A stretch of 64,000 nt of DNA from a bacterium (GTDB lineage Bacteria > UBA8248): NCBI GenBank assembly GCA_965203325.1, contig OZ241875.1:3968001-4032000 (forward strand), given 5' to 3'. Below, one piece after another: positions 1 to 10,208 of this stretch. Position 1 is the stretch's first letter. Each line of letters begins with the position of its first letter. Under the pieces are notes generated by a model that worked only from the letters and a program-made list of their open reading frames with translations, ran no database searches and was not told the origin of the DNA. The translations under genes were made by a program, and so were the position numbers.

Positions 1-217
1 CTATGCGAAGGAGTTGGTGGCCGAATTCGGCATGAAGATACCCGTTCTGGTGGACGACATCGATGAGGCGGTGGTGAACGCCTACGGGCGCATGCCGAAC
101 ATGGTCTTCGTCATCGACAAGGAGGGGAACATCGCCTACAAGGCGAGCTGGACGGAGCAGCCCAGAGTCGACCGGGTGCTCGATGAACTCCTCGCCGAGC
201 AGGCCGTAACGGCTTAA
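1..217 (+). CDS. Partial (5' truncated) thioredoxin-fold protein, deiodinase-like/peroxiredoxin-like
   Basis: Frame is open from the window start (YAKELVAEFGMKIPVLVDDIDEAVVNAYGRMPNMVFVIDKEG). The PVLVD..AYG.MP..FVID..G.I.YK pattern fits deiodinase/AhpC-like C-termini. Confidence 0.6.
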   Translation, partial: YAKELVAEFGMKIPVLVDDIDEAVVNAYGRMPNMVFVIDKEGNIAYKASWTEQPRVDRVLDELLAEQAVTA

Positions 218-248
218 AAAAACGATATACATTCTACTGGAGCGTACT

Positions 249-575
249 ATGAAACAGCCGGTGAGGCTTGCGGTGATTTTGTTCATTGGTTTGTTTTGTT
301 TTTCAGGTTCAATTCATGCTCAAGATTACAGAACTGAAATAATTGAATATGTAATTGACCCTTGTTTACTTTTCTCTGTCCGGAAATCGGGGTTAGACAA
401 AAAGATAGACGAAAAACAGGCCCTTGAACTAATGAGATTGATGACGCAAGCGCAAATGGAACAGACAATAACACAGGCAACACAGTTAGTTAGGAACAAG
501 AATTTTGATGTTAGATTAAAGCTCTATAATGTTTTTAGAATGATTTGTATAAACTCAGCGCAAAAAAGTAGATAG
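249..575 (+). CDS. Hypothetical secreted protein, AT-rich gene
   Basis: GGAG RBS upstream; signal-peptide-like N-terminus ending in SIHA-Q; much more AT-rich than its neighbours. Confidence 0.7.
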   Translation: MKQPVRLAVILFIGLFCFSGSIHAQDYRTEIIEYVIDPCLLFSVRKSGLDKKIDEKQALELMRLMTQAQMEQTITQATQLVRNKNFDVRLKLYNVFRMICINSAQKSR

Positions 576-598
576 TGCAAATCAATAATCGGTAGGTA

Positions 599-1801
599 TC
601 ACCGGACTTTCGGCAGGAAGAGCGCGAACGCGCAAGCAGCGATGAAAAAGCCGGGCAGCGCCCAGAAGGCGTTGGCCAGACCGAACCACTCGCCGAGAAC
701 AGACATCGGGTAGACCGAAAGGCTCGCGATGAACCACGAGAGTCCGAGCGTGATGGAACTGGCCAGACCCCGGTTGTGGGGCATGAGTTGCTGGGCGAAG
801 GCCATCGTCACCCCCATCGGGAGGTAGGTGGCGACGCCCAGGAAAGCAAGCAGCACGAAGCCCCACTCGGGCGGCGCAATCAAAAAAGCGCAGACGCACA
901 GAGCGCCCAGGCCGATGCCGCCGACGATAAGCTCTTTCTTCCCGAAACGGTCTCCCAAGACACCGCCCGCCAGGACGCCGAGCGCGCCCGAGGTGAGCAT
1001 GATGGCGCTGGCCGCCCCGCCGCTCCAGATGCTCATGCCGTGTTCGGCGTAGAGCGAGGGTATGAGACTGATGAAATTGATGTTCACGACGGCGCGGCAA
1101 ATCGTGACGCCCGAGAGCAGAAGCAGCGGTGTGCCCGCCGTTCGCAGCGCTGTTACGAAATCCCAGATGGAGGCTTTCTTGTCGCCGCTCGTCGGGGGCG
1201 ATTGAGGCTTCGGCAGCCCGTATTTCACCGCCAGGGCCATGGCGACGGCGACCAGGGTGAACGACGAGAGCCATTTTATGCCCCCGAGCGAGACGATGGC
1301 GATGGCGATGACGGGCCCCAGCCCGTGGCCCACGCGCCCTCCGGCGATGAAGACGCTCACCACGAGTCCCTTCCGGTATTCGGAGAGCGCACCCGCGCGC
1401 GACGCCATGTCCGGGTGGCACAGGCCGACCATCGAACCGCCGACCGCGGCCATGACGGTGAGGGCCGTGAAGTTGGGCGCCCAGCCGATGGAGGTGATGA
1501 AAAGCGCGCTGCCCACCATCCCCACGGCGAGCCAGGGGAGCGTCGGCCAGCGGTCCACCAGAATCGCCGTCACGGGTTGTGAGAGCGCAGCGCTCATCGA
1601 GACGAAGGTGAGCAACAAGCCGCCCGTGGAGAGCGAGACCTGGAATTGCTCCCGAATCAGCGGCAGGAGCGGCGCGATGAAATTCACCGTGCCGTCCACT
1701 ACGAAGTGGGCCGTGAACAGGATGGCGAGCGCCCCCCAGGGAATCTCCTGAGCCGGGCCGCCTTCACCTAAACTCGCGTCGATTTCCTGTGCCCGGCTCA
1801 T
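599..1801 (-). CDS. MFS transporter (Fsr-like)
   Basis: 400 aa with about 12 hydrophobic segments and a GVLGDRFGKK motif-A-like loop. Confidence 0.9.
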   Translation of the reverse strand: MSRAQEIDASLGEGGPAQEIPWGALAILFTAHFVVDGTVNFIAPLLPLIREQFQVSLSTGGLLLTFVSMSAALSQPVTAILVDRWPTLPWLAVGMVGSALFITSIGWAPNFTALTVMAAVGGSMVGLCHPDMASRAGALSEYRKGLVVSVFIAGGRVGHGLGPVIAIAIVSLGGIKWLSSFTLVAVAMALAVKYGLPKPQSPPTSGDKKASIWDFVTALRTAGTPLLLLSGVTICRAVVNINFISLIPSLYAEHGMSIWSGGAASAIMLTSGALGVLAGGVLGDRFGKKELIVGGIGLGALCVCAFLIAPPEWGFVLLAFLGVATYLPMGVTMAFAQQLMPHNRGLASSITLGLSWFIASLSVYPMSVLGEWFGLANAFWALPGFFIAACAFALFLPKVR

Positions 1802-2994
1802 GTCTCGCCCCCTTGCGTCTGGGGCTGCAGGACGCTTTCTTTATGCAGGAAGATGGCGATGAACCCGCCGATAACGAACATCGATGCGTAGAAGGTGAAC
1901 GCCATTTGAAGCCCCATCGCTTCGGCCACGAGGCCGCCGACGAGCGGCGATAGCGCGCTGGCCGCCTCGTTGAAGCCATAGATCATTCCCACCGAACTCG
2001 AGCGCACCCGCTCGTCCACGAGTTCCGTGCCGACGGCCAGCACCAGGGTGGGCACCGGCGTGAGGATGCAGGCGACGGCGAAAAGCGCGAGTAACAGCGT
2101 CGTGAGGCTTGCGACCCAGGTGAGAGAGGCCATAGCGGTGGCGCACATGAAGGTGAGCACGACGATAAGCTTCGTCCTGCCTGTTTTGTCCGACCACCTG
2201 CCGATGATGATGGACATGGTCGAGCCGATGAGAAAATAGGCGCTGAGCAGCCAACCCACCCCTTTGGTGTCGAAGCCGAATTGCTCCGCCAGCAGGAGCG
2301 GCAAAAAAGCCATGAAGCCGCGAAAGCCCATGATCCGGAACGAGGAGAGGGCGATGAGGAGCATGAGAGACTTGTTTCGGAACAGGGCGCCGAAAGTGGA
2401 CCTCGCCGCCTGGCGGAAGGGGAGGCGCTCTCCGAGTTGATCCTGAAATCGGAACCAGATGAGCGCCGCCCAGATGATACCGGGTATGACGTAGAACTGC
2501 GCCGCCATGCGCCAACTCGCCAGGTAGACGGCGAGCCAGCCGACGATGGCGGGCGAGATGATGTTCCCCATTTCGCCCCCGCCGTTGAACAGGCCCGTGC
2601 AGAAACCGCGCCTCTCGGGCAGTTCTCGCGTGATGAGCGCGACAGCCGGCGGGTGGTAGGCCGCGCTCCCGATGCCGCCGATGAAGACGAACAACAGCAG
2701 AAGGGAGTAGTTCGCCGCGTAGCCGTAGAGCAGAACGGGCAGCGCCTGCGTGAGCAGGGAAAGCGCCAGCACGGTCCGCCAGCGCCGGGTGTAGTCCGAT
2801 ATGAAGGATAGCGGGAACTGAAAGACGCTGTTCGCCACCGAATAGGTCGTTACGATGAGGCCCGCCTGCACGTAGTTGAGTTCGAATTCCGCGACGATAA
2901 GCGGGAGTACGGGTATGAGAAGCTGCGTGTAGAAAGCGTTGACGGCGTGGCTGCCCGCGATCGCGAAAAGGTTGAATATTTTCGATGGGGCCAT
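1798..2994 (-). CDS. MFS transporter
   Basis: 398 aa with about 12 TM segments, GRWSDKTGR and AYHP motifs; overlaps the next MFS gene by 4 bp. Confidence 0.9.
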   Translation of the reverse strand: MAPSKIFNLFAIAGSHAVNAFYTQLLIPVLPLIVAEFELNYVQAGLIVTTYSVANSVFQFPLSFISDYTRRWRTVLALSLLTQALPVLLYGYAANYSLLLLFVFIGGIGSAAYHPPAVALITRELPERRGFCTGLFNGGGEMGNIISPAIVGWLAVYLASWRMAAQFYVIPGIIWAALIWFRFQDQLGERLPFRQAARSTFGALFRNKSLMLLIALSSFRIMGFRGFMAFLPLLLAEQFGFDTKGVGWLLSAYFLIGSTMSIIIGRWSDKTGRTKLIVVLTFMCATAMASLTWVASLTTLLLALFAVACILTPVPTLVLAVGTELVDERVRSSSVGMIYGFNEAASALSPLVGGLVAEAMGLQMAFTFYASMFVIGGFIAIFLHKESVLQPQTQGGET

Positions 2995-3163
2995 GAAGAG
3001 TCCATTGATGACGGGAACGCGAAATACTTTTCATTAGGCTTATAGGTTCTGGGGAAAACGCGCGTCAATGGCGGACGACTCATTCGGGAGGAAACCGGCG
3101 GGCCGCATCTATGCGTTCGGTGCGGGAAGACTGTGGGTGGTGTTGTTTGTAGGGGACGTATAC

Positions 3164-3335
3164 GGGGCTGTTGAAAAAGCCCCTTGAAAGGGAAACTCCA
3201 TAAAGTCAACCCCCCCTACCCCCCTGACAAGGGGGGTAGGGGGGGGTGGTTTCGACGAGGGAGGTCGGGGGTTCGCACGAAAGCGGCCTTCCCGCCAAAG
3301 GCAATATCCCCCAATAAGGATTTTTTCAACAACCC
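3164..3335. repeat. MITE/REP-like element with GGGCTGTTGAAAAA...TTTTTCAACAACCC termini and an internal CCCCCTACCCCCC/GGGGGGTAGGGGG palindrome
   Basis: Inverted termini. Related copies at about 23427, 28950, 34455, 39350, 51840 and 58680. Confidence 0.8.
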
Positions 3336-3353
3336 TTCCCGGTCGGGTTCGTG

Positions 3354-3391
3354 CCTTCGATACGGCGCTTGCGCGCCTACTCAGGATGAGG
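3354..3391. repeat. REP-like palindrome of the CCTTCGATAC...TACTCAGGATGAGG family
   Basis: Copies also at 11740-11776, 18131-18168, 18208-18244, 23452-23488, 23529-23567, about 39194-39229 and about 52043-52103. Confidence 0.85.
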
Positions 3392-3551
3392 GTGTCAGGG
3401 CTTCTGCGAAGCCCGCTGCCGCAACTGGGTTCTTCAACAACCCCACATGCCTCCCCGACACCGGACATTCCGTCCGTTTTTATGTTAAGAACAAATTGAA
3501 TTGAATCGGTTTCGACTGAAAAGGCAATGGAACGATGAGAGAATACGCCGC

Positions 3552-4343
3552 ATGAGCCAGCCCCCCGGTTTTGATGAGAAAGCGGCGCGACGCGTCGAGG
3601 CCGTTTACACGACGGCGGACGTGGCCGCGCAGCGCGATATTCTTTTGCAGATAGTCGCTCTTCAGACGGGCGAGCGCGTGCTCGATTTGGGTTCCGGCCC
3701 CGGCTTCATGACGCTGGAAGCCGGGCGCATGGTGGGGGAGGGGGGCGCCGTTTTGGGCGTGGACAAGAGCGCGCCCATGCTCGCTCTCGCGCAGGCGCGC
3801 TGCGCTTCGCAGCCGCAGGTGTCGTTCCGAGAGGCCGATGCGCTGAGCCTCCCTTTCGAGGATGGCGGTTTCGATGCGGCCATCATCTCCCAGGTGTATG
3901 AATACGTCACCGACATGGAAGCCGCCCTGGCGGAGCTTTTCCGCGTCCTGCGGCCGGGTGGCCGCGCCCTCATCATGGACACGGATTGGGGTTCGCTCGT
4001 GTGGAACGCGCAGGACGCCGAACGGGCGAAGCGGATTTTCACCGCATGGGATTCGCATCTGGCGGACCCCCACCTGCCGAGAAGGCTATCGTCCCTGCTG
4101 CAAAATGCCGGCTTCGAGATTTTGGACTTGAGGGTTTTGCCGCTTCTCAATACGGAGTATCCTGCGGAGAACTACAGCCACGGGATGGTTAGCGTCATCG
4201 TGCCCTTCGTCATCCGAGTGGGCGGCGTGGCGAAGGAAGAGGCCAAAGCCTGGGCGGAGGATTTGACGGCGCTCGGCGAGCGCGGTGAGTATTTTTTCAG
4301 TCTCAATCGCTACGCCTTTCTGGCAAGAAAACCTGAGGCATAA
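3552..4343 (+). CDS. Class I SAM-dependent methyltransferase (UbiE/ArsM-like)
   Basis: VLDLGSGPG, DALSLPFEDGGFD and LRPGGR motifs; likely start is ATG 3552. Confidence 0.9.
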   Translation: MSQPPGFDEKAARRVEAVYTTADVAAQRDILLQIVALQTGERVLDLGSGPGFMTLEAGRMVGEGGAVLGVDKSAPMLALAQARCASQPQVSFREADALSLPFEDGGFDAAIISQVYEYVTDMEAALAELFRVLRPGGRALIMDTDWGSLVWNAQDAERAKRIFTAWDSHLADPHLPRRLSSLLQNAGFEILDLRVLPLLNTEYPAENYSHGMVSVIVPFVIRVGGVAKEEAKAWAEDLTALGERGEYFFSLNRYAFLARKPEA

Positions 4344-4344
4344 A

Positions 4345-5235
4345 ATGGACAGGTTCATCGACTGCCACAACCACCTGCATGGATTCAGTTTCGACGACTG
4401 GGAACTCCAGGGCATGTGCGGGATGGTGGGTTCCGTCCTCTCCTGCGGGAACCCCCACGTGCACCGCGAGATATGGAAGCGCCCGCCCGGGCCGGAAGAC
4501 GTGAGGAGGCTTTGGGAGAGTCCGCTCCGGATGGCCGAGGCCGCCGAAGCCAAACACCACATTCGCGCCATGTGCGCCGTGGGCGTCAGTTCGATGACGC
4601 GGGTCGACGACTGGGAGCGGCTCATCGACGCGCTACCCGGCTATCTGGAAAGCCAAAGGGTTGCCGCCCTTGGCGAAGTGGGTCTCGATCCGGGCCAGTA
4701 TTTCGGTTTCTCCTGGGATTTGGAAGAACAGGCCAGGTGTCTCGAAGCGCAGGCGCGCCTCGCGGCGGAACTGAAAAAACCTCTGATCCTTCATACGCCC
4801 ACTTATAAAAACCCGAAAGAATTCCTGGGCGGCGTGGATACGCAGGGAGATATTTCGCCCGAGGAATTCAGGCTCCATTACCTGAAGATGGATCTGGAAG
4901 TCATCGACGCCGCAGGTCTCGAACACTCCCTGCTCGTTGTCGACCACGTGGATGCGACGATAGTGGATTTCGTTCACGAACAGACGGGCGCCTGGTGCGC
5001 GACGAGTCTCGGGAGCAGGCTTCGTCCGATTCCTCCCGCCGCCGTCGTGGAGTGGGTTCGGCGTCACGGGGCAGGGCGAATGATGCTCAACTCGGACCTC
5101 ATCCCCTACACCTCGAACGATCTTTACTGCATTCCCCGGGCGATTCGCGCCATGCGTCGTGGCGGCATCGCCGAGGCGGAGATCGAAAAGGCCGCCTTCG
5201 GAAACGCGAACGCGCTCTTCGGCTTCGGCCTATAA
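4345..5235 (+). CDS. TatD-like metal-dependent hydrolase
   Basis: DCHNH, GEVGLD, LILHTP, DHV and NSD metal motifs. Confidence 0.85.
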   Translation: MDRFIDCHNHLHGFSFDDWELQGMCGMVGSVLSCGNPHVHREIWKRPPGPEDVRRLWESPLRMAEAAEAKHHIRAMCAVGVSSMTRVDDWERLIDALPGYLESQRVAALGEVGLDPGQYFGFSWDLEEQARCLEAQARLAAELKKPLILHTPTYKNPKEFLGGVDTQGDISPEEFRLHYLKMDLEVIDAAGLEHSLLVVDHVDATIVDFVHEQTGAWCATSLGSRLRPIPPAAVVEWVRRHGAGRMMLNSDLIPYTSNDLYCIPRAIRAMRRGGIAEAEIEKAAFGNANALFGFGL

Positions 5236-5236
5236 T

Positions 5237-5947
5237 TCAGTCCAGCACCGCTACGGCGCGCACGGGCGAGCCGGTAGCGTCTTTCAGCTTGATGGGCAGG
5301 CACAGGAAGGTGAAGCGCTTGCCCACCAGGCGTTCGGGAATCACCAGATTCTCCGTGTTGAGCATCCCCCGCTCCTTGCACACCTGGTGAGAGGGGTAGG
5401 GTTCTTCCGATTCGGGAAACATCTGCGTGGGGTTTTCTATCGTGAACGCCTCACAGCCGATGTTGCGCACCCCCCGATCGGCGAGATACTCGGTGGCGGG
5501 CCGGCTCAGGCCCGCGAATTCCTTCCACCATACATCGGGGTCCGGGTCCTTGAAGGACTTCTCGAAGTGGCCCGTGTAGTACAAAAAGGCGTCGCCCTCT
5601 TCGATGGTGAGCCCGTGTTTTCCCAGTTCGCGCTCGATGTGTTCGGTTTCGATGTAGGTCTTGGGCGCGACGTCCGAGAAATCCACGCAGATCGCGCTCG
5701 AATAAAAACGCTCCAGCGGCAACTGGTCGATGGAGGGCGCGTCTCCGGGAACGTAGTGGTTCAGGGCGTCCACGTGGCTTCCGGTGTGGTCAGACAGCGT
5801 GAGCTTCATGGCCGCGAAGGAGAATTTCCCGAGAAATCTTTCGGATGACTCCTCGTGCGTCATCATCGGCTCGATGGCCACCTTGGGATGAAACGGACGC
5901 TCGAATCCGCCCGCCGCCACAGTTTGTGAGAGGTCGATCAATTCCAT
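5237..5947 (-). CDS. Cyclase family protein (kynurenine formamidase-like)
   Basis: DHTGSHVDA (HxGTHxD) motif, ENL, and C-terminal GSPVRAVA. Confidence 0.9.
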   Translation of the reverse strand: MELIDLSQTVAAGGFERPFHPKVAIEPMMTHEESSERFLGKFSFAAMKLTLSDHTGSHVDALNHYVPGDAPSIDQLPLERFYSSAICVDFSDVAPKTYIETEHIERELGKHGLTIEEGDAFLYYTGHFEKSFKDPDPDVWWKEFAGLSRPATEYLADRGVRNIGCEAFTIENPTQMFPESEEPYPSHQVCKERGMLNTENLVIPERLVGKRFTFLCLPIKLKDATGSPVRAVAVLD

Positions 5948-5992
5948 GAAATTTTATCCTTTCCTCGTGAAACGCGAATCAAATCACTCTCT

Positions 5993-7579
5993 TCAAGCCA
6001 TCATGGTTTCCACGGGCGCCCAGAAGCGGTCGATTTCCAGATCCTCCGCGATCGCGTTCGCGCAGTTATAGCCGGGCGCTCCCGTCACCGCGCCGCCCAC
6101 GTGCGAGCTTGAACCGCAGAGATAGAGTTTCCCGATCGGCGTGCGGAAGTCGCTCACGTCCGGATGCGGGCGGTTGTGCCCCAACTGCTCGGGAATGTAG
6201 GCGCCCACGTGATGACTCGCGCGGACGAAGTTCGGGTTCATGCGCACGATGTCGAGCGGCGTGTAGAGATAGCTGCCCATGATGTTGTCGTGGTTGATGT
6301 TGGGCGCATAGGGCGTCCAGGAGTCGATGAAGTGCTGGGTGTACTCCTCGCGCCGCGCGTCCCACGCCTCGGCGCCGCCGTCTTTGAGTTCAAAGGGCGC
6401 AAACGGCCACCAGTAGCCCACGTGCGTGCCGTCCGGCGAGTAGGTCGGGTCGAAGTGGCTGTTGCTGCCGCCGTTGCCCATGAGCTTGGGAAGTTCGCCG
6501 TCGTGGATCGTCTCGAAGCACGCGTCGATCTCTTCGGTCGAGTCCGCGCCCCAGAAGATGTTGAACGTCTTGTTGACGTCGGGCTCGAATTTCGCCGCCT
6601 TGAAATCGGGCGCTTCCTTGAGCGCCAGGTGGATGGTGCACAGCCCGTGGCTCGCCCACTGATACTCGAGAGCCGCTCTGGCGAGCTTGCCGCCGAAGTA
6701 ATCCTCCCCGGCCAGACGCACCGTGAGCGGCCAGTTCACACCGCTCGCCACGAACTCGGTGGCATCGATGCGTGTGCCGTCGTCCAGGATGACACCGGTG
6801 GCGTCCCCGCTTTCCACCGTGATCTCGCGAACCTCCGCATTCGTGAACACCTTGCCGCCGCCTCGCTCGACCACGCGCTCGAGCGCGCGCGTGAAGTTCA
6901 CCGACCCACCCACGGGCAGGGCGAAGCTCGCGATGCGCGAGAAGATACGCGGGAAGAAAATGCCGGTCGTGGGCGTGTTCTCGAGGGTGAAGGAGCCCAG
7001 GAAGAGCTTGAAGAGCACGCGCAGCTTTTCGTCCTCGAAATGCTGGTCCACGGCCTCGTACATGCTGAGGTTCGTGTAGCTTAAGAACTCACGGCCCAGC
7101 GGCCCCGCGAAGCGCTCTTTCAACTCCTCGGGCGGCAGGGGGGCGCAGTACATGAAGGAGGTGATGATGTCGAGCATCCCCTCGGTGAACTTGACGTGGA
7201 GGTCGCGGTAGGTTCTCGCGTCGTTTTTGTTGATGCGTTCGATCGACTTGATGGTCTTCTCCACGTCGCGGTGGATGACGAACGCCGTGCCGTCGCTGAA
7301 GATGCAGCCTTGCTGAAACTCCGGGAAGATGAGGCTGAAGCCGTATTCGTGGAGTTCCAGGTCGCGCAGGATGGGACTTCTCTCCAGACCCACGTAGTAA
7401 TTCGAGTGCAGGTTGTGCTTGAAGCCCGGCAGGGTGACTTCGTGCGTGGAGCAGCCCCCGCCGGCGACGTCTGAGCGTTCCAGAACGGCTACCTTTTTTC
7501 CGGCTTTCGCCAGATAGGCGGCGCATACCAGGCTGTTGTGTCCGCCGCCGACGAACAATCCATCGTAAGATTCGGTCAT
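5993..7579 (-). CDS. Phytoene desaturase-like FAD-dependent oxidoreductase
   Basis: GGGHNSLVCAAYLA FAD motif; C-terminal LYLCGSSSHVGGAVTGAPG. Confidence 0.9.
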   Translation of the reverse strand: MTESYDGLFVGGGHNSLVCAAYLAKAGKKVAVLERSDVAGGGCSTHEVTLPGFKHNLHSNYYVGLERSPILRDLELHEYGFSLIFPEFQQGCIFSDGTAFVIHRDVEKTIKSIERINKNDARTYRDLHVKFTEGMLDIITSFMYCAPLPPEELKERFAGPLGREFLSYTNLSMYEAVDQHFEDEKLRVLFKLFLGSFTLENTPTTGIFFPRIFSRIASFALPVGGSVNFTRALERVVERGGGKVFTNAEVREITVESGDATGVILDDGTRIDATEFVASGVNWPLTVRLAGEDYFGGKLARAALEYQWASHGLCTIHLALKEAPDFKAAKFEPDVNKTFNIFWGADSTEEIDACFETIHDGELPKLMGNGGSNSHFDPTYSPDGTHVGYWWPFAPFELKDGGAEAWDARREEYTQHFIDSWTPYAPNINHDNIMGSYLYTPLDIVRMNPNFVRASHHVGAYIPEQLGHNRPHPDVSDFRTPIGKLYLCGSSSHVGGAVTGAPGYNCANAIAEDLEIDRFWAPVETMMA

Positions 7580-7687
7580 GATCCCTCTCCTCTGAAAGGA
7601 CTCAGCCTCACGGGCTGCTTGCGATCTGGTCTGTATGTGTCCCTATTCTGCCTTGTTGAGGCGCATTTCTCAATACGCGTTATTTCC

Positions 7688-8080
7688 TCAGGCCTCTGGC
7701 AGATAGGCCGTGGCGTCGATTTCGACGAGAAAATCCTCGGAAGCCAATCCGTCCACGATCACGCCCGTGCTTGCAGGCGCATGGGGGCCGAAGTATTCCG
7801 CGATCACCGCGTATACGGGTTTTCGGTACGCCCTGTCGGTGATGTAGTTCGTGAGCTTCACGACGTGGGAGAGGTCGCCGCCCGCCTCTTCGAGAAGCTG
7901 ACGGATGTTCTCGCACGCCTGACGCGCCTGGGCGGCGGCGTCGCCGGGTGCGGGCGGTGCGCCGTCGAGTCCCTCTCCGGTCTGACCCGCGAGATAGAGC
8001 GTCCTGCCCGCCAGGAGGCCCTGGGAATAGCTGCCCACCCCGGCGGTCACCTGCGTGGTGTGGAATTTTTGAAATGGCAT
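7688..8080 (-). CDS. RidA/YjgF family protein
   Basis: YSQG, LYLAGQ, PAST and LVEIDATA motifs. Confidence 0.9.
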   Translation of the reverse strand: MPFQKFHTTQVTAGVGSYSQGLLAGRTLYLAGQTGEGLDGAPPAPGDAAAQARQACENIRQLLEEAGGDLSHVVKLTNYITDRAYRKPVYAVIAEYFGPHAPASTGVIVDGLASEDFLVEIDATAYLPEA

Positions 8081-8216
8081 GGCGTTATCTCCAGAAATCA
8101 GCGGAAAAACGTGGATGCGCCGGCGATGGCGCTTCTATGCCGTGTTTATGAGCTTCACCGCCCGTGCATGAGGGGGCCGCGGCGGAGTGTGCACCCACCC
8201 CCGCGCCTCGCGCGCG

Positions 8217-8612
8217 TTACTCCATGTCGAACATCGCCGTGGACGCGACCTCGATCAGGTTGTTTTCCGGGTCTCTAAAGAAGATTTGGGGATACCCGTA
8301 AGGCTCGTCGTGGAACGGGATGCCGTGCGACTTGAGCCGTTCTTTCATACCTGCCAGATCCTCGGTCACCATCCCGAAGTGGTGGTCCATATAGCTGTCT
8401 TCGTTGTCGCTGATGGAATGCTTGACGTGCGTGTCGCTCACTTTGGCGAGGTGAATCTGATGGTCCTCACCCGCCTCGTACCAATAGCCCGGGAAGGGGA
8501 AGTGGGGCCGGGGCATTTCGGGCAGTCCCAGGATTTCGTTGTAAAACTTGTGCATGGCCGGCAAATCCCGGCAATAGATGCTGAAGTGCTGCAGGAACTT
8601 GATCTTGGACAT
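8217..8612 (-). CDS. VOC/glyoxalase family protein
   Basis: LQHFSI, FYNEILGL, HHFG and FFRDPENNLIE motifs; start MSKIKF follows a GAGGAGA RBS. Confidence 0.9.
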   Translation of the reverse strand: MSKIKFLQHFSIYCRDLPAMHKFYNEILGLPEMPRPHFPFPGYWYEAGEDHQIHLAKVSDTHVKHSISDNEDSYMDHHFGMVTEDLAGMKERLKSHGIPFHDEPYGYPQIFFRDPENNLIEVASTAMFDME

Positions 8613-8756
8613 CAGTGTCTCTCCTCGGGTTGTCGGGTGCTTTCTCACACTAATAATGCTCTTTTCCCTCTCTGGCAAGGCGCGGCTCCGGCGGGGATAT
8701 TCAAATCCGCCCGATTGTCGTATTCTCAGGAAAACACCAAACCGGAGGATTCCCCC

Positions 8757-10160
8757 ATGGCGGGTCGTTTCGTGATCGAAAACGCCTGCGTCCTCACCCA
8801 GAACGAGGCGCGTGAGGTCATCCCCCGTGCGTCGGTGCTCGTCGAGGATGGCCGCGTCGCGGAGATCTCAGTATCCCGAATTAACGCAGGCGCAGCGCAG
8901 GTGGTCGACGGCGAGGGGATGGCGCTCATGCCGGGGCTGGTGAACGCCCACAGCCACATCATGTGCATTCTTTTGCGGGGCGGCCTGGGTGCGGACAGGC
9001 GGCTGATGGACTGGCGCCTGAACGTCATGGCGCCCGGCCAGGTGGCCTATACGCCCGGGGATGCGGCGCTCTCCGTAAAACTCTTCGCGTGCGAGGCGAT
9101 TCGCTCGGGCACCACCGCGGTCGTGACGAACGAGCGCATCCCCATCCCGCTGGCCGAGGCGATGATAGAGGCCATGGACGATTCGGGCATGCGGAGCGTC
9201 TTCGCCTTGAGTTTCAACGAGATGTCGCCACAGGGAAAACTCGCCGAGCGGGCGCATTCCCACATCGCCGCCTGGGGCAAGACCTTTCCGCCTAGCCTCA
9301 AGACGAGGGATGAGGTGTTCGAGGAGACTTCCCACCTGGTGGACAAGTACCACGGTCGCTCAAATGGCCGGGTTCTCGTCTGGCCGGGGCCGAACATCCC
9401 CGTCTACGTGAAGCCCGAAACCTTCCGCGAGGTGGACGAATGGGCCGGCGCGCGCGGCCTTCGCGTTTCCACGCACGTCTCGGAAGACCCGATGGAATCG
9501 GAAGTAGGCGGTCTTCCCGTCGTGCAGCACCTGGCCGCCTGGGGCCTGCTCTCGGAGCGCCTGGTGGCGGGCCACTGCATTCACTTGAGCGAGGAGGACA
9601 TACGGCTCCTCAAGGAATCAGGCACGCAGGCCGTGCACCTGCCCTCGAGCAACATGTATCTCGGCTCCGGAATATCGCCCGTGCCCAGGATGCTGGGTTA
9701 CGGCATTCCCGTGGCCTTGGGTACGGACAATGCGAATTGCAATGATCTCGCCAACATGTTCTGGGAGATGCGCCTCGCCTGCCTGCTCCACAAGGGGGTG
9801 CACCAGGACCCCGCTGCCATCACGGCGCAGGAGGTGCTCGACATGGCCACGCGCAACGGCGCGCGCGCGCTCGGCCTGGAAGAAGAAATCGGGAGCATCG
9901 AGGTGGGTAAGCGGGCGGACATGATTCTGCTCGACATGAGCGGTCCCCACATGTTCCCGAACCACCATCTGCCTTCCATCCTCACCTATCAGGCGCACGG
10001 GACGGAGGTGCGCTGGGTCTGGGTGGACGGCGAGCCGCTCATGGAGGCGGGGCGTTTGAGCAAGATAAGCGAAGATGAGGAACGCGCGATTCGCGAGGGG
10101 GCGCAGGCGGCGTCTGCGGCTATCGTCGAGCGCGCGGGCCTGATGGTTCCGGGAGTTTGA
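8757..10160 (+). CDS. Metal-dependent amidohydrolase/deaminase (MtaD/AtzA/SsnA-like)
   Basis: PGLVNAHSH, THVSE, GHCIH, GTDN and GSIEVGKRAD motifs; GGAGG RBS before ATG 8757. Confidence 0.9.
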   Translation: MAGRFVIENACVLTQNEAREVIPRASVLVEDGRVAEISVSRINAGAAQVVDGEGMALMPGLVNAHSHIMCILLRGGLGADRRLMDWRLNVMAPGQVAYTPGDAALSVKLFACEAIRSGTTAVVTNERIPIPLAEAMIEAMDDSGMRSVFALSFNEMSPQGKLAERAHSHIAAWGKTFPPSLKTRDEVFEETSHLVDKYHGRSNGRVLVWPGPNIPVYVKPETFREVDEWAGARGLRVSTHVSEDPMESEVGGLPVVQHLAAWGLLSERLVAGHCIHLSEEDIRLLKESGTQAVHLPSSNMYLGSGISPVPRMLGYGIPVALGTDNANCNDLANMFWEMRLACLLHKGVHQDPAAITAQEVLDMATRNGARALGLEEEIGSIEVGKRADMILLDMSGPHMFPNHHLPSILTYQAHGTEVRWVWVDGEPLMEAGRLSKISEDEERAIREGAQAASAAIVERAGLMVPGV

Positions 10161-10208
10161 TGCGGCGCTTGCGCATCGAGCGCTTTTGACGAATGAGGAG
10201 GCCCAATC

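Noticed and set aside
3109..3504. Short ORFs with PPTPLVRG/PPYPP motifs (also near 34497, 39092, 51645, 58559)
   Set aside because: They are translations of the palindromic repeat elements, not genes.
8187..8756. Long N-terminal extensions in the ORF track (amidohydrolase; also fdrA to 51406 and prpF to 30627)
   Set aside because: They overlap other real genes; internal starts with an RBS match family lengths.
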